DNA of 64,000 nucleotides from Eledone cirrhosa (lineage: Eukaryota): NCBI GenBank assembly GCA_964016885.1, contig OZ024757.1:17546001-17610000 (forward strand). The letters are read 5' to 3'. Below, in pieces: positions 1 through 11,652 of this stretch. The position numbers were made by a program, and so were the translations under genes. The notes under the pieces were generated by a model that saw only the letters and a list, made by a program, of their open reading frames with translations, was not told the origin of the DNA and ran no database searches. Positions within the stretch are counted from its first letter, which is position 1. Each line of letters opens with the position of its first letter.

Positions 1-76
1 CTGTTATTTTTATCTAAAGACATTTTTTCCAATTCTACCCCGCCCGTCCCCTCAATCTATTTTATTTCTCATTCTT

Positions 77-112
77 TCTTCTGATGAAGGACTAGTGTCC
101 GAAACGTTAAGA
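77..112 (+). ncRNA. Minimal type-I hammerhead ribozyme motif (Penelope pLTR-type)
   Basis: TCTT-CTGATGA-A-GGAC(TAGT)GTCC-GAAA-CG-TT-AAGA: intact core, 4-bp stem II, stem I TCTT/AAGA, palindromic AACGTT in place of stem III. Confidence 0.65.
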
Positions 113-225
113 CCCTCTTCCTGCTATATCAAGCGTTAACCTAATATATTCCTTCCATATACTGTACCAATGGTGTTGTTATTTCTGTTTACCTTTTATA
201 TACATTACATTCATATGTATATACA

Positions 226-485
226 TCAAAGGCAATGACACAGGACCGAGACCTCTGGCGTTACGCAGTAATACAGAAGACCAGACTTCCCAAGGGTATA
301 CGTCGAAGCTGAAGCATATAGACAGTATGCCCCACCCCCTTCCCCCTGTAAAGTGGTCATGTAGGTGTCACAACAAAAAAGGACCCAGTCCACACTGTAG
401 AGTGGTTGTGTAGGCACCATGGTAACAAAAGCACCCACCACTCACTGTAAATGAGGTTGGTGTTAGGAAGGGCATCCAGCTGCAG
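226..485 (+). mobile_element. RTE LINE (subfamily C) 3' end/UTR fragment
   Basis: Aligns with 50825-51055; contains GGTTGGTGTTAGGAAGGGCATCCAGCTG. Confidence 0.7.
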
Positions 486-1529
486 AAATATATATATATA
501 GAAATTAATTATAGAAATAAAGGAAAGATAAAAATTACAAACAAAATATGAGAAGATATACACACCACCAATTACGCATTGCAACAGAAAATATTAGTGT
601 TTCCTTCTAAATATTTTTTAATGGCAAGCAAAAACATTCACGACATTGTCACAGGTAATAGTGAAGCTAAGGTGCTGTAATATTCACGTATATTTATTAG
701 TATTGTGTAATATTTTAGTAAAATGAGCCACCAACAACGATAGAACTTCGTTGTCAGAAACCCTAGCTACCATGAACCTCTTGAATACAAATGTTAGTTC
801 ATGTAATTTATTTTTACCCTTGTTTTTATATGGTGGCATTTGTCTAGGGTCTTTTCTTTATTTATAGTATGTTTTTGTGGGGTGGTGCTAAGTGTAATAT
901 TATTCTCATAGAAATTCATTTCTCGGTCTCTGTTATGTCAAGTTAACCTTTTGTTCATAGATATTGCTATAATCTAGCTGTGACTATCTCGTGTTGATTA
1001 GTATTTCTGACATATCTAAAATTATATTTTTAATACGTCAGTTTTTAACAATATAAATTAGAGTGTAATTTGTGGGTGATATAGCAGCTATGTTTAGTAG
1101 TGAACGGCTACCACTTTGCTGGGACCACATGTAGATGTTATTCAGGTGTGTAGTTTAGTCCATCTTCAATCTAAATTTCGTAACCGTTTTTGTTTAACAC
1201 TTGTTAAGAAACACAAAATACGTTTTTCTTTTACAATTACACCACTGGCCAAAACCTATCTAAGTTATCTCGTTTTAGAGGGGGAAATTTTTTCTAAGGT
1301 TTTTGTCACGCATCGCCCTGTCAAATCACACCACACCTCTCATAACTTCATACTTATTTCCTTTCTATCACTGCGCCTCACACACAGCCAAGATCAGAGA
1401 GGGTTCGTCTGTTGGGACAAGGATCAGGAATCCATCTAGCATTGGTGCTATGGAAATTCACCTGGTACACCCTTCAAGGTGGTTGGTGACAGGAAGGGCA
1501 CTTGTAGAAACCATGCCTAAAAAGGTATT

Positions 1530-3300
1530 GAAAACTTGACTGGCCTAACGGCTCTCTATCTTGATGGCAATGCACTAACATTATACCTCGAGATGGAGGA
1601 GTTAGACCAACTGAATGCAGAGAAAATAGAATGTTTTAAGGAAGCATTCACTGAGGGGCCTTATGCTGCTTTCGCCACGCCAGACAAAGTAAGATGGATG
1701 GGAAAGTAGGTGGACGTATTTGCACCAGACACACGGTTGTTGGCTATGCTAGCTCAGTTGACAGGGGAAAACCTTGAAATGGCTGCGCAGATGGCGTTCG
1801 TGAATGGGTTCCCTGCTCCAACAGTTGCCAGGCAACAGAAAAATGACTATGAGCAAGCTAATCACACAGGCCTGTGTAGCAACACGAGGTGCTGAGTGGA
1901 ATGTTGCAGTGACAGAAGCTTATGGCAGCTGACAGCAATCGATGAGGGGGAGAAGACCTCCTTTGAACACTCAGCAGCAGGCATTCAGAGGCCAGTGCTT
2001 CAGGTGTGAGAGTATGTACATGGCAAGAGACTGCTGAGAACTGAAACCAGATATAATTTGCTACCAATGCAAATGAGAGGGGCAGCAGAAATGTTAATAA
2101 AGTGCCACCTAGGAAAGCTGGCTGCTGAGTTCAACCTGAAGTTGAGTGTGGTCTTTGTAGCCTTGGAGAAAAATAGGGCAGACATCTTAATGAAGAAAGC
2201 CTGGCTGGAAATGACAGAGGATATGGAAAAGGGGATTGCTGAGTGACTTTTAAGTTGAGGAGGTTGCATACCAGGCATCATATGGGAGTGGATAGGACTC
2301 TATTCCTAGCCAGGAAAGTTGACTCCGATGTTACCAGACAGAGTGTCCAGGAGTTGCGACAGATGCCAGTCTATCGACCCAGGCGTGCATGAGACAGGTA
2401 ACATCCCGGTGGAGCACAACTGGAAACAATTGGCAGTGGATGCGACATACTTGCAACAGGAGACGTATCTCTCAATGGTCTTTAAATGGCTGGGACAGAT
2501 CGCAATATGGAGTGAGATGAAAATGGGAATTGCTGAGGAAATTGTTGAGAGAGATATTCTTGTAGCAGGGCCCTGTGGATGAACTGTTGTTGGATAACAG
2601 CATTTCACTGGGAGGTGCTGGAGGTGCTTGACAAGTGGAATGTGAACTGCTTCTTTAGAGCGGCATACAGGCCAAAAGAAAATGGGATTGTGGAGGGACA
2701 CCATTCTACAATGAAGGCCTTGGCAGAAACGGAGCATATTTTGCCAATGGAGTTTGTTTTCTGTTACAATATGTCACCTCAGGCTGAAGAATCAGTGCCA
2801 CATAGGGAGATATATAGATATGAATATGTGCACATTAATACAACATGTGTAGGAGAGAGAGAATGCATTGGTACGAGTGGGCGAATAAGTCTGGGTCCAG
2901 CCCCCAAATATGTGTTGCACATCTCAATGGATGGAATGTTGTGTCACCTCTTGGATGTCTGTAGAATTGTCTATTTGGCTGACTTAGAAGAAGAAGAAGA
3001 GAATGAAAGCACCGCCCCACCTGGTTGGACGACAGACTTTGACATGGAGTAATATGATGGAATGATTGATCCTTGAGGTGGAGCTGCCGAAAAGGGAGTG
3101 CCAGAAGTGTGGGTGGCATCTTACGCGAAACAAAGGAAGAGTGATGTCAGATCAGTGTTTGGGTTCCGATTACGGCCTCCTTTTTCTTCAGGTTGTGGCC
3201 TAGTGCAGATGTGAGTGACAGACGCTCTATAATTCTTAGCCAGACATAAGTCACTTGGACATTCGGTCTGGATTCAAATAGAGATGCAAGGTAAGTTTGC
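1530..3300 (+). mobile_element. Decayed LTR retrotransposon related to 38237-42282
   Basis: Fragments MRGAAEMLIK, CDRCQSIDP, WKQLAVDATY and NGIVEGHH match the RNase H/integrase of the 38-42 kb element; gag remnant AFVNGFP; many stops and frameshifts. Confidence 0.8.
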
Positions 3301-4349
3301 TTGCTTTCCATAACAGTTTTAAATATTGCAGTATTTTAAACATGCATTATAATATACTAGCAGAAAACCACCCGTAGCATGTGTAGTGAGTATATTGATA
3401 TTATACACAAATATATATGCATGTAAATATGATACATTAAATAAAATCGTAATTGACAATATACACAGAAATTGAACAAAGCCTATGTTACATTGTCTTC
3501 TGTAATCAGTAATCCATGATATATTAAAAAAAAAGACGACATTATATAATAACTGCATTAGGAGAAAATTAGCGACGGAAATATATGCGATTATAAGTGT
3601 TATGATATAAGTGTTGACATTTGATAATTTTAAAGAAGTGAATTTTAAAGATTAAGCTATAAAATATATTTAATCAACAGCCACGAAATTTAGCACATAA
3701 ATTATGTAATATTCATTCATTATTTATTCAAAGTAATCCAACTTATTTTACAAACGGGGTAAAAAAATATATTCTGGACGCAATCCCGCAGACCTTCCTT
3801 TATTATAGTTAAGATATATATATCTTCAATTCGGTATTTATGCCAATCCTAATCTATGGTCACGAATCTTTGGTAATGACCAAAAGAATATGATTGTGAA
3901 TACAAGCGGCCTAAATGGGATTCCTCCTTCTTTGGAGTAACATTACTCGATAAAGTGCATAACCCGGAGATGAAAGTTACTCAAGGTAGAGCTGCTACTT
4001 CTCCATGTGGTTAAAATGCCTCAGGAAAGAATCGCTGGACAGTCTTTACGGGCAAAACCAACTGGCTGGAAAGTATGAGCAGCTGGTTTGAACAGAAAGA
4101 GGTGAGAGAATTCTTGCTGATTTAATCATTTACATTATTCTATATTTACTATTGTATTTTCACGGTAAACACTTTATTTCACATATCAAATCTATGAGAT
4201 TTTGACAACAATACCTTAACACGAGTATGAGCAGCCGGTACGAAGTGAGAGAATTCTGGCCAGTTTAAATGCTTAAATACATCACACTGTTGATAAAATA
4301 AAGTACCAGTAATACTGGCCTTGTGCCAAAAGTAGAAACAATTATTGTA

Positions 4350-4615
4350 TCACAGTTTTCCCCAAGTAAACTCAACAGAGGGACTTGCTGTACAAGTCAG
4401 CAGTAGTATAGTATGTAAGGCAATCAAGAATATGAAGACAAGCAAGGCAGCTGAACCTTCGGAGATAGTTGGTGAGATGCTGAAAGCCTCTGGGATGGCG
4501 GGTCACACCACAGTCACCCGTAATGTAAACTAAGTAATATAAAATAGTGTTATATCCAATGACTGGCATAGCAGTATCATCATCAACTGCTCCAAGGACA
4601 ACGAAGATGCTCTAG
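4350..4615 (+). mobile_element. RTE LINE internal fragment
   Basis: KAIKNMKTSKAAEPSEIVGEMLKAS matches the pre-RT segment of the other RTE copies. Confidence 0.7.
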
Positions 4616-4692
4616 ACCCGGCCCGCCATCTTACACTGGACACTAATTATCTAATTAGTATCGAATACAGATGCAGTAGTTCACTTCAAGGT

Positions 4693-5033
4693 TGTGCCGA
4701 CATGATGCCATCACAAATCGCTGCTCATACCGTATATATTTACAGATACCTTTGTAACCTTATTATATTTTCCATTTATTATTATTTCCTCTTATCCATC
4801 TTTTTCTGGGCTTTCCGCCAAGCATTATATCACCTGTGTTATTATTTCCTGTGATTTCATGTATGTGTTTTTGTTCCAGTCAACAAACACAAATGTTGGC
4901 TGGAAGTATGCATTTCGTCAGCGACTGGAAGTTTCGCATGACTCGCTTTGATACCCATATTGTCATTCAATAAAATCACTCGTGAATTATTGTCGTCTTC
5001 GTTTGCCTGACCTTACCTGTGACCCCCGGCACA
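4693..5033 (+). mobile_element. Solo LTR (341 bp) with 4-bp TSD
   Basis: Termini TGTGCCG...CGGCACA (7-bp inverted), AGGT on both sides (4689-4692, 5034-5037), AATAAA near 4968. Confidence 0.8.
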
Positions 5034-5421
5034 AGGTAAAGCTGTCCTTGGAAAAATTACTTCGTTCCCTCCTCCCCAGAGTATTTTCATTTGAGTTTGT
5101 TGTCTGGTGGTATAACAACTATACAGTAGATATCTTTATTTGATAATAACGTTTATTTAATTATTTGTGATAAATTGTGTGAATTATTATGATTAGAATT
5201 AAGCCAAAGGTGGTTTAAAAAAAACAAATGGCAACCCTGATCTAACAACGTTGTTAGAAACCTGGTTTTATATAATTTATTCACAATTATCATATTTTAT
5301 CGCATTACTGTATTTGCATTTACATTTATTTTCATTGTTTCTTATTTCTTCATTCTGATTATTATACTTTTTGTTCTTTTTCCTTTCCATAAATCTTTTT
5401 TGTTTGAACAAAAACAAGCCC

Positions 5422-6853
5422 ATGGAAGCTAAGAAAAGAAAAGTGGATTTGGAGTGCCGAACTTTTAACGATGTTTGGACACTTAGCTATTTTTTCATTG
5501 AGCACTTCGGAAAATGTGTTTGCATAATTTGTCAAGAAACCATTGCCGTGAAGAAAGTTTCAAATATTAAACGGCACTATGAAACTCGTCATAATCATTA
5601 CAACAGTTTTACTGGAAAAGCACGAGTAAACGAAGTTGCACGGCTGAGAAATAATGTAACAAAGCAATCATCCTTTTTCACTAGAAAAGTTGAAGAAAGT
5701 GACCGAGACACTCGTGCTAGCTACGAGGTGTCAAAACTAATTGCAGAAAGGATGAAACCTTTTACTGATGGAGGTTTCTTCAAAGAATTATTGTTGAAGG
5801 TAGCAGATGTTGTTTGTCTAGAAAACGGGGAATTATTTTCTGCGATCAGCTTATCGGCAAGAACAGTAACAAGGCGAATTGAAGAGCTGCAGCAAATCTC
5901 AGAAGTGGCTTGGAGGGCATTTTTAATAATCTGGAGTATTATTCCATTGCTATCGATAAAATCACAGATATGAAGGATACTTGTCAACTTGCAGTGTTTG
6001 TGAGGGGTGTAACACCAACATTTGATATTGTGGAAGAATGTGTACAATTGATTCCTATGAAGGACACTAGCACTGGAGCAGATATTTTGGAAAGCATAAT
6101 AAAATGAATTACCGAAATGAATCTGGATTTATCAAAGCTTTCTGGAGTAATCACAGATGGAACACCAGCAATGGTTGGAGAGAAATAGGGGTTTGTTGCA
6201 TTGCTCCAAAACCACATCGGTATTGATCAAAAACTAATCAAACTTCATTGCATTATTCATCAAGAAGCATTATGTGCAAAGTCACCGAATTTTAAGGACA
6301 TCATGGCAGGGGTCGTGAAAACAGTGAATTTTATACTGTCAAGAGGACTAAATCACTGCCAGTTTCAAGAATTTCTAAAACAAATTGAAACAGAGTATGG
6401 CGACCTTACATATTTTTCAAATGTTCGATGGCTTAGCCGCAGAAAAATGATAGAACGAGTATATGCATTGAGGGAAGAGATTTCTATGTTTTTCGAGAGC
6501 AAAGACCAAGATAATTCTTACTTTCAGGATCCACAGTTTCTAACTGTATTTCGTTTGAAGCAAGGAATTTGCTTTTTTTTGTTGTAGATTGTGATAGTAG
6601 TTGTTTTTTTATTATTCCTGAGGGTAAAATAAGGAATTTGCTTTTTTTTTTGTTGAATGTGTTTGTAGTTTTTTTTTTTTTTGTTATTCCTGCAGTAAAA
6701 TAAGGGGCCTTGTTAAAATAAAATTATACTAAATTCCTTGTTTTGCTTTAAACCTCCAGAAAATTTATTTACATATTTAATAACATGGCCCTCCTCCATT
6801 ACATACATAGCATAGCTATTTGGCCCTCTCTCTCCAAAAGGTTGCGACCCCTG
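5422..6853 (+). mobile_element. hAT transposon remnant (SPIN/GTF2IRD2-like transposase pseudogene)
   Basis: N-terminal BED-like CIIC..HYETRH, TDGTPAMVG, HCIIHQEAL, VRWLSR; frameshift and stops; 3' terminus AAGGTTGCGACCCCTG ending at 6853. Confidence 0.85.
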
Positions 6854-7329
6854 CTCGGGGAACGTTTCGTAGCTCCAGGGAGGGGGCGTTTGAAACTTTG
6901 AGGGCGCTAGAAGCCCCTTTAGTTTGGTAAGTTTTATAGGTCATATTTGTACGTCTCTTAGACAGCCAGTGATTTGAATGAAGAAGTTAAATAAAAGAAG
7001 CTTGTCAACGAATTCCCTCGGGAGATAAAAGAAAATCAAAGAATGAAAGTAAGGACTACTTCAACAGAAATTACAACAAGAAGCAATGGTGGGGAACATA
7101 CACACACATACATACATACATACATACACACACACATATATACAGGCTGGCGTTAGTTATTGATGAGGTTGAGAACCTGGTCAGCTTTCAGCCAGAGGTG
7201 TGGTGTTTAATCTCCCTAGGTAATAAAATTTTTCTCCTTACCAAAAAATGAAGACATAGATCATATCAACATCCTTACACACTTAAATGTATGTATGTAT
7301 GTAGATTTCATCATCATCATCATTTTACG

Positions 7330-7370
7330 TCCGCTCTTCCCTTATATATATATATAAATCTACATATATT

Positions 7371-7410
<40 letters not shown>

Positions 7411-7660
7411 CTACATATATTTATTTATTTATATATATATATATAAATCTACATATATTTATTTATTTATATATATATATATAAATCTACATATAAATCT
7501 GCATACATATCTACAGATATACATACATACATTTGCGTATGTATATAGCTATGCATTTATACATTTGTATATATACATGCATTTATATTTAAGCGTGTAA
7601 GGTTATATATATGTGTGTGTGTGTGTGTGTATAATATATATATTACACACACACACACAC
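7330..7660. repeat. (TA)n/(TG)n/(CA)n microsatellites and ATCTACATATATTTATT minisatellite
   Basis: Seen directly. Confidence 0.9.
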
Positions 7661-7664
7661 ATAT

Positions 7665-7900
7665 GCAGTGTGACAAGAAGTTTGTTTCCCAACCACATAT
7701 TTCCGGGTTCAGTCCCACTGCCCGGGCTGACCAAAGCCCTGTGAGTCGATTTGATAGATCGAAACTAAAAGAAGCCTGTCGTATATATGTCTGTGTGTGT
7801 CTTTGCGTTTGTGTTTGCCCTCCCACCAATGCTTGTTGGTTTGTTGACGTCCCGATAACTTACCAAGGTGATGCTCCAGCATGGGCATGGTCCAGTGACA
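7665..7900 (+). mobile_element. tRNA-derived SINE fragment (octopus-type)
   Basis: CCAACCACAT.TTCCGGGTTCAGTCCCACTGC head and GACCAAAGCC.TGTGAGT.GATTTG.TAGA body; inverted copy at ~15110-15345. Confidence 0.6.
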
Positions 7901-8039
7901 GAAAAAAAGTAAAATATATATGTGTGTGTGGTGTAGAAGAGGGGTCTCAAACTCAAGGACACAAAAGGGCTATTACGTCCTGGAGGAGAGGCACAGTGGG
8001 CCAAACGTGGTGGTGGGTGAACATTTTCACCAGTTATAA

Positions 8040-8245
8040 TCATTTCTACTATTCTACAAGGCATGAAATTTGGGGTTTAGGGTCCAGTCGATTGCATCGA
8101 TCCTAGTACACAACTGGTACTTAATTCATCGACCCCAAAAGGATGTAAGGCAAAGATGAGATCGGCGGAATTTGAACTCAAAACGAAAGAAGTACCGTTA
8201 AGCATTTCGCCAGATGTGCTAACGATTCCACCAGCTCACCGCCTT
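8040..8245 (-). mobile_element. tRNA-derived SINE with Nin/Deu-like central domain
   Basis: GAGTTCAAATTCCGCCGA..TTTGCCTT.CATCC..GGGGTCGAT..AGTACCAG on the minus strand; inverted copy at ~14765-14980. Confidence 0.7.
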
Positions 8246-8282
8246 ATTTTCACCAGTTATGCAATATGAAATATTGGTTCTA

Positions 8283-8338
8283 CCACGGGCCACACATAAG
8301 TAGTTCGCGGGCCGCATGTGTGAGCCCCATGTTGGAGA
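8283..8338 (-). mobile_element. hAT terminal/subterminal fragment
   Basis: Minus strand TCTCCAAC..ATGCGGCCCGCG..ATGTGTGGCCCG, typical of SPIN/Charlie ends. Confidence 0.5.
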
Positions 8339-8344
8339 TAGATA

Positions 8345-8723
8345 TATTTCTTTATTAGCCACAGGGGCACAAAAGAAGGGGACAAATACAAAGGGGGAAG
8401 TTTACATACAATAAAAACGTGTAAAATGTTATCACAGATGGAATTTAAAAGTTAGTCGATTTTCCCCAATAGAGGGAGACAGTTTATATGGGTAACACAG
8501 ACCCCCGAAAAAAATGTGCAACCCTCATCTCCAGGAGTACGAAGAGCTTGTACTCCTTTCCTCTCCTCCTTTTCCTCAACCTACAGGCTGATATAGAGAG
8601 AAGGCCCATTCACTCGGGCCATTCTCGCCACTTTCACCCACCTTTCATAAAACTTGCTGGGGTACAGCACCTCTCTCTCCATCCTGATTCTTCTTCCAAA
8701 GTGGTATTTGAAAAAAAGAATCA
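8345..8723 (-). mobile_element. 5'-truncated L1/Tx1-like LINE 3' end with 14-bp TSD
   Basis: Peptide FFKYHFGRRIRMERE..FYERWVKVA, AATAAA at the end, TSD GTTGGAGATAGATA (8331-8344, 8724-8737); absent from the inverted duplicate near 14674. Confidence 0.7.
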
Positions 8724-9321
8724 GTTGGAGATAGATAGATATATAGATGTGTATCAAACACACACATTTCTTTCTCTCTTCATTTGTGTGTGTGTGTGGA
8801 GCGTTGTTATTTGGCGTTGTTGAAAAGAGCAGTGGCATTTGACCTGGCAATAAAAAACTAGACAAAATTCCTTCTGTACCCAAACGTGTGTGTTTGTGTG
8901 TGTCTGTGTATCTATCTATGTATATATATAAGGATACAAATACTACTTTCTCACTGTCTCTAAGCTTCTCAATTCATTTGTTGCTAAGTATTTTATTTTG
9001 CTAGGTACTATTTTTCCCCTGAGTTTGTGATTTCTGAGAAAGGTAAGAAATTTTTCATATTTTATATCTTTTGGATTTTGACTTTACAGTTTGAATTATA
9101 GAATTGTTTATCCACTCAAAATATTACAACAGCTAACAGTGAAATATAGAATTAAAAAAAAGAAGCTTTTTCGACTGAGATCAAATCTTTGAGAACATTC
9201 ACATCTATTTTTCAAAAATATATAATTTGAAACAGTTTGCTTTTGTTTTGGACTGAAACTTTTTTTGTATTTAATTTGTATGGGTATTTTTTAAAGATGC
9301 TAACATAACTTGATTTGGCCC

Positions 9322-10725
9322 ATTACGTGCACTGTGGCATTCTCAACTTATTATAGCTAAGTGCGTACAACAAGCTTCATTTATCAAAAATGTTCTAGGT
9401 TACGTGAATGAATTGCGGAAACTATATAGTACATCAGGGAAATTTAAGCACGCGTATTTATCACAACATGATGAAGAAAATGAAGTATCACCACGCTCCT
9501 TAAAACCTGTGTGTTCTACTCGATGGCTAACACGACTTTCTGCAGTCAAAGCCCTACTTGACAATTATTCAGATGTCCCTATTTCTTTACAAGAGGCAAC
9601 AAATGAGTTTGGCACCAACATTGCATCCAGAGCTAATGTTATTCTTACGTGTCACTCTCCGGGCCAATGTGTTCTTGGATTGCACGTTGTAGTTCCATTA
9701 CTTCAATTCCTTGAAGGATTAAACACATATTTTCAAAGTACCACCTTCAATCTAGGTAGCATGTTGCATGGTGTCAAACTGGTGCAGGAGGAGCTAAACA
9801 ATCTACGCAGTGAAGAAAAACTTCAGGAGCTGTTCAATACAGCAGAAAAAATGATTTATCAACTCGATATTTCTCCTTTGGAGCTACCCAGGCAACGAAA
9901 AGTTCCTAAAAGATACCAGGAAGGAAATGCGTTAAAATATCAACACTGCACTGATTTGGATCATTACAGAGTGCAGTATTTCCAGGTAGCGGATACTGCA
10001 ATATCAAATTTGAAAGATTGCTTTTTTTCACAGGATTTAGCAGATTATGAAAAACTGAGCAATATTTTACACAATGGAAATGTTTGTGCTGAAGTGATCA
10101 TGCACTATCCAGAGCTTGGTGAATTTTCTTTAAGGAACGAAATACTTTTTTATAGAAATCATCATAGTGGATTATCGTAAAATATTCGGTGAAATGCAAC
10201 CAGAAGTCCGTCGCATGTTGCTAAATGTTGAGCGATTGCTCAGGCTACTTTTAATGTTTCCAACCAGTTCTTGTGAATCTGAAAGATCTTTTAGCGCTCT
10301 GCAGACTCAAAACTTGGTTGCGATCGACCATGACTCAGCAAAGGTTGAATCATATTCTAATATGAGACGTTCATAGAGATGTTTTGAAAAAGATTAGTTG
10401 TGAAGAAGTTGCTAAATTATTTATTGACAGCAATGATGTGAGATATGATACATTTGGAAAGTTCTAAAAGACAATAAATTTACTTTATATGATTTTTATT
10501 CAAACGTCTATGTTTTATTTTTTGTTTATTTGATATAATAAATACTTTTTAAGCTTATTTTTTTTTTTTATATCTGAACTTCATTTGAATATATAAAATT
10601 TAATTAGCGTAAAGAAATTTTTACTTATGTGATAGGGTTCAGGAAAGACACCATAAGTAATACTAAAATGCTCCAACAAATGTTGGTTTGTCCCCCTCAC
10701 ATTTTTAAGGCAAACAAGGCCCCTG
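9322..10725 (+). mobile_element. 5'-truncated hAT transposon (ZMYM1-like transposase pseudogene)
   Basis: YVHCG, LKPVCSTRWLTR and dimerisation motif PTSSCESERSFSAL; 3' end TGTCCCCCTCAC...GGCCCCTG at 10725. Confidence 0.8.
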
Positions 10726-11054
10726 GAAAAGAGCAACATTATTCATGAATTGAATTCACTGACCTGTTCATCACCGTGATCGGCTTGACCTCGATACTTC
10801 AGCTCATTCTTAATAACATTCGGTTTGCTTGACCCCATCTTATCTTCATTGCATTTCCACATCATTTATTCTATAACTAGGTTGTTGCTATTCCTATATA
10901 AACTGACTGTTTATACTACGATCAAGTCTTGTTATAGCCTTGGGCTTAAGGAAGTGCTTTTGTAGTCTTCAACAGTCATCCATTATAATTGCAGCACCAT
11001 TACAAGAATATCAGTGTTGCATGAAGGTAAGGGCGATAATTTGAGTAACTCTAA

Positions 11055-11245
11055 GTAATTGTTTCTACTTTTGGCACAAGGCCAGCAATTACCCAGTGTA
11101 TTACTAGTACTTTATTTTATCGACCCTGTAAGGATGAAAGGCAAAGTTAACCTCGGCGGGATTTGAACTCAGACCATAAAGGGCCGTAACTCTTTGCTGC
11201 AAAGCATGGCGTCCGACCCTCTACCGATACTGGCAATCCACCATG
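11055..11245 (-). mobile_element. Nin/Deu-domain SINE
   Basis: Reverse complement of the copies at 37740-37930, 44515-44705 and 45140-45312. Confidence 0.75.
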
Positions 11246-11652
11246 TCTTAACTTAGTATTATCGTGTCTTATCACTACATGCTTAATTGATGAATTCCAT
11301 TTCAAAATAGCACATTACTAGTCATTCTTGCATTAAGTTCTATTGAACTCGTTGCCTCGTTGATCCTTTATTGAGTCTGCCACCTTAATTCCCTCAAGCT
11401 AAGTTATTACTATTCCTATATGAAAGACTGGTTAATCTTCATATATAACTTGTCTCGACTTGGTTAATTAATGACAGTATTTGTGTTTTTCATTGCAGTT
11501 TTGTTTATTACAAAGTGTTATTCCAGAACATTACTTGAAACTTTATCATACTGGAACAGGACTCATTATAGTAAGTTCCTTATACATAATTTTATAGGCT
11601 TATATAGGCAAATCTTTGCGTAATTTTACCAAACACATTCGATAAACAGAAA

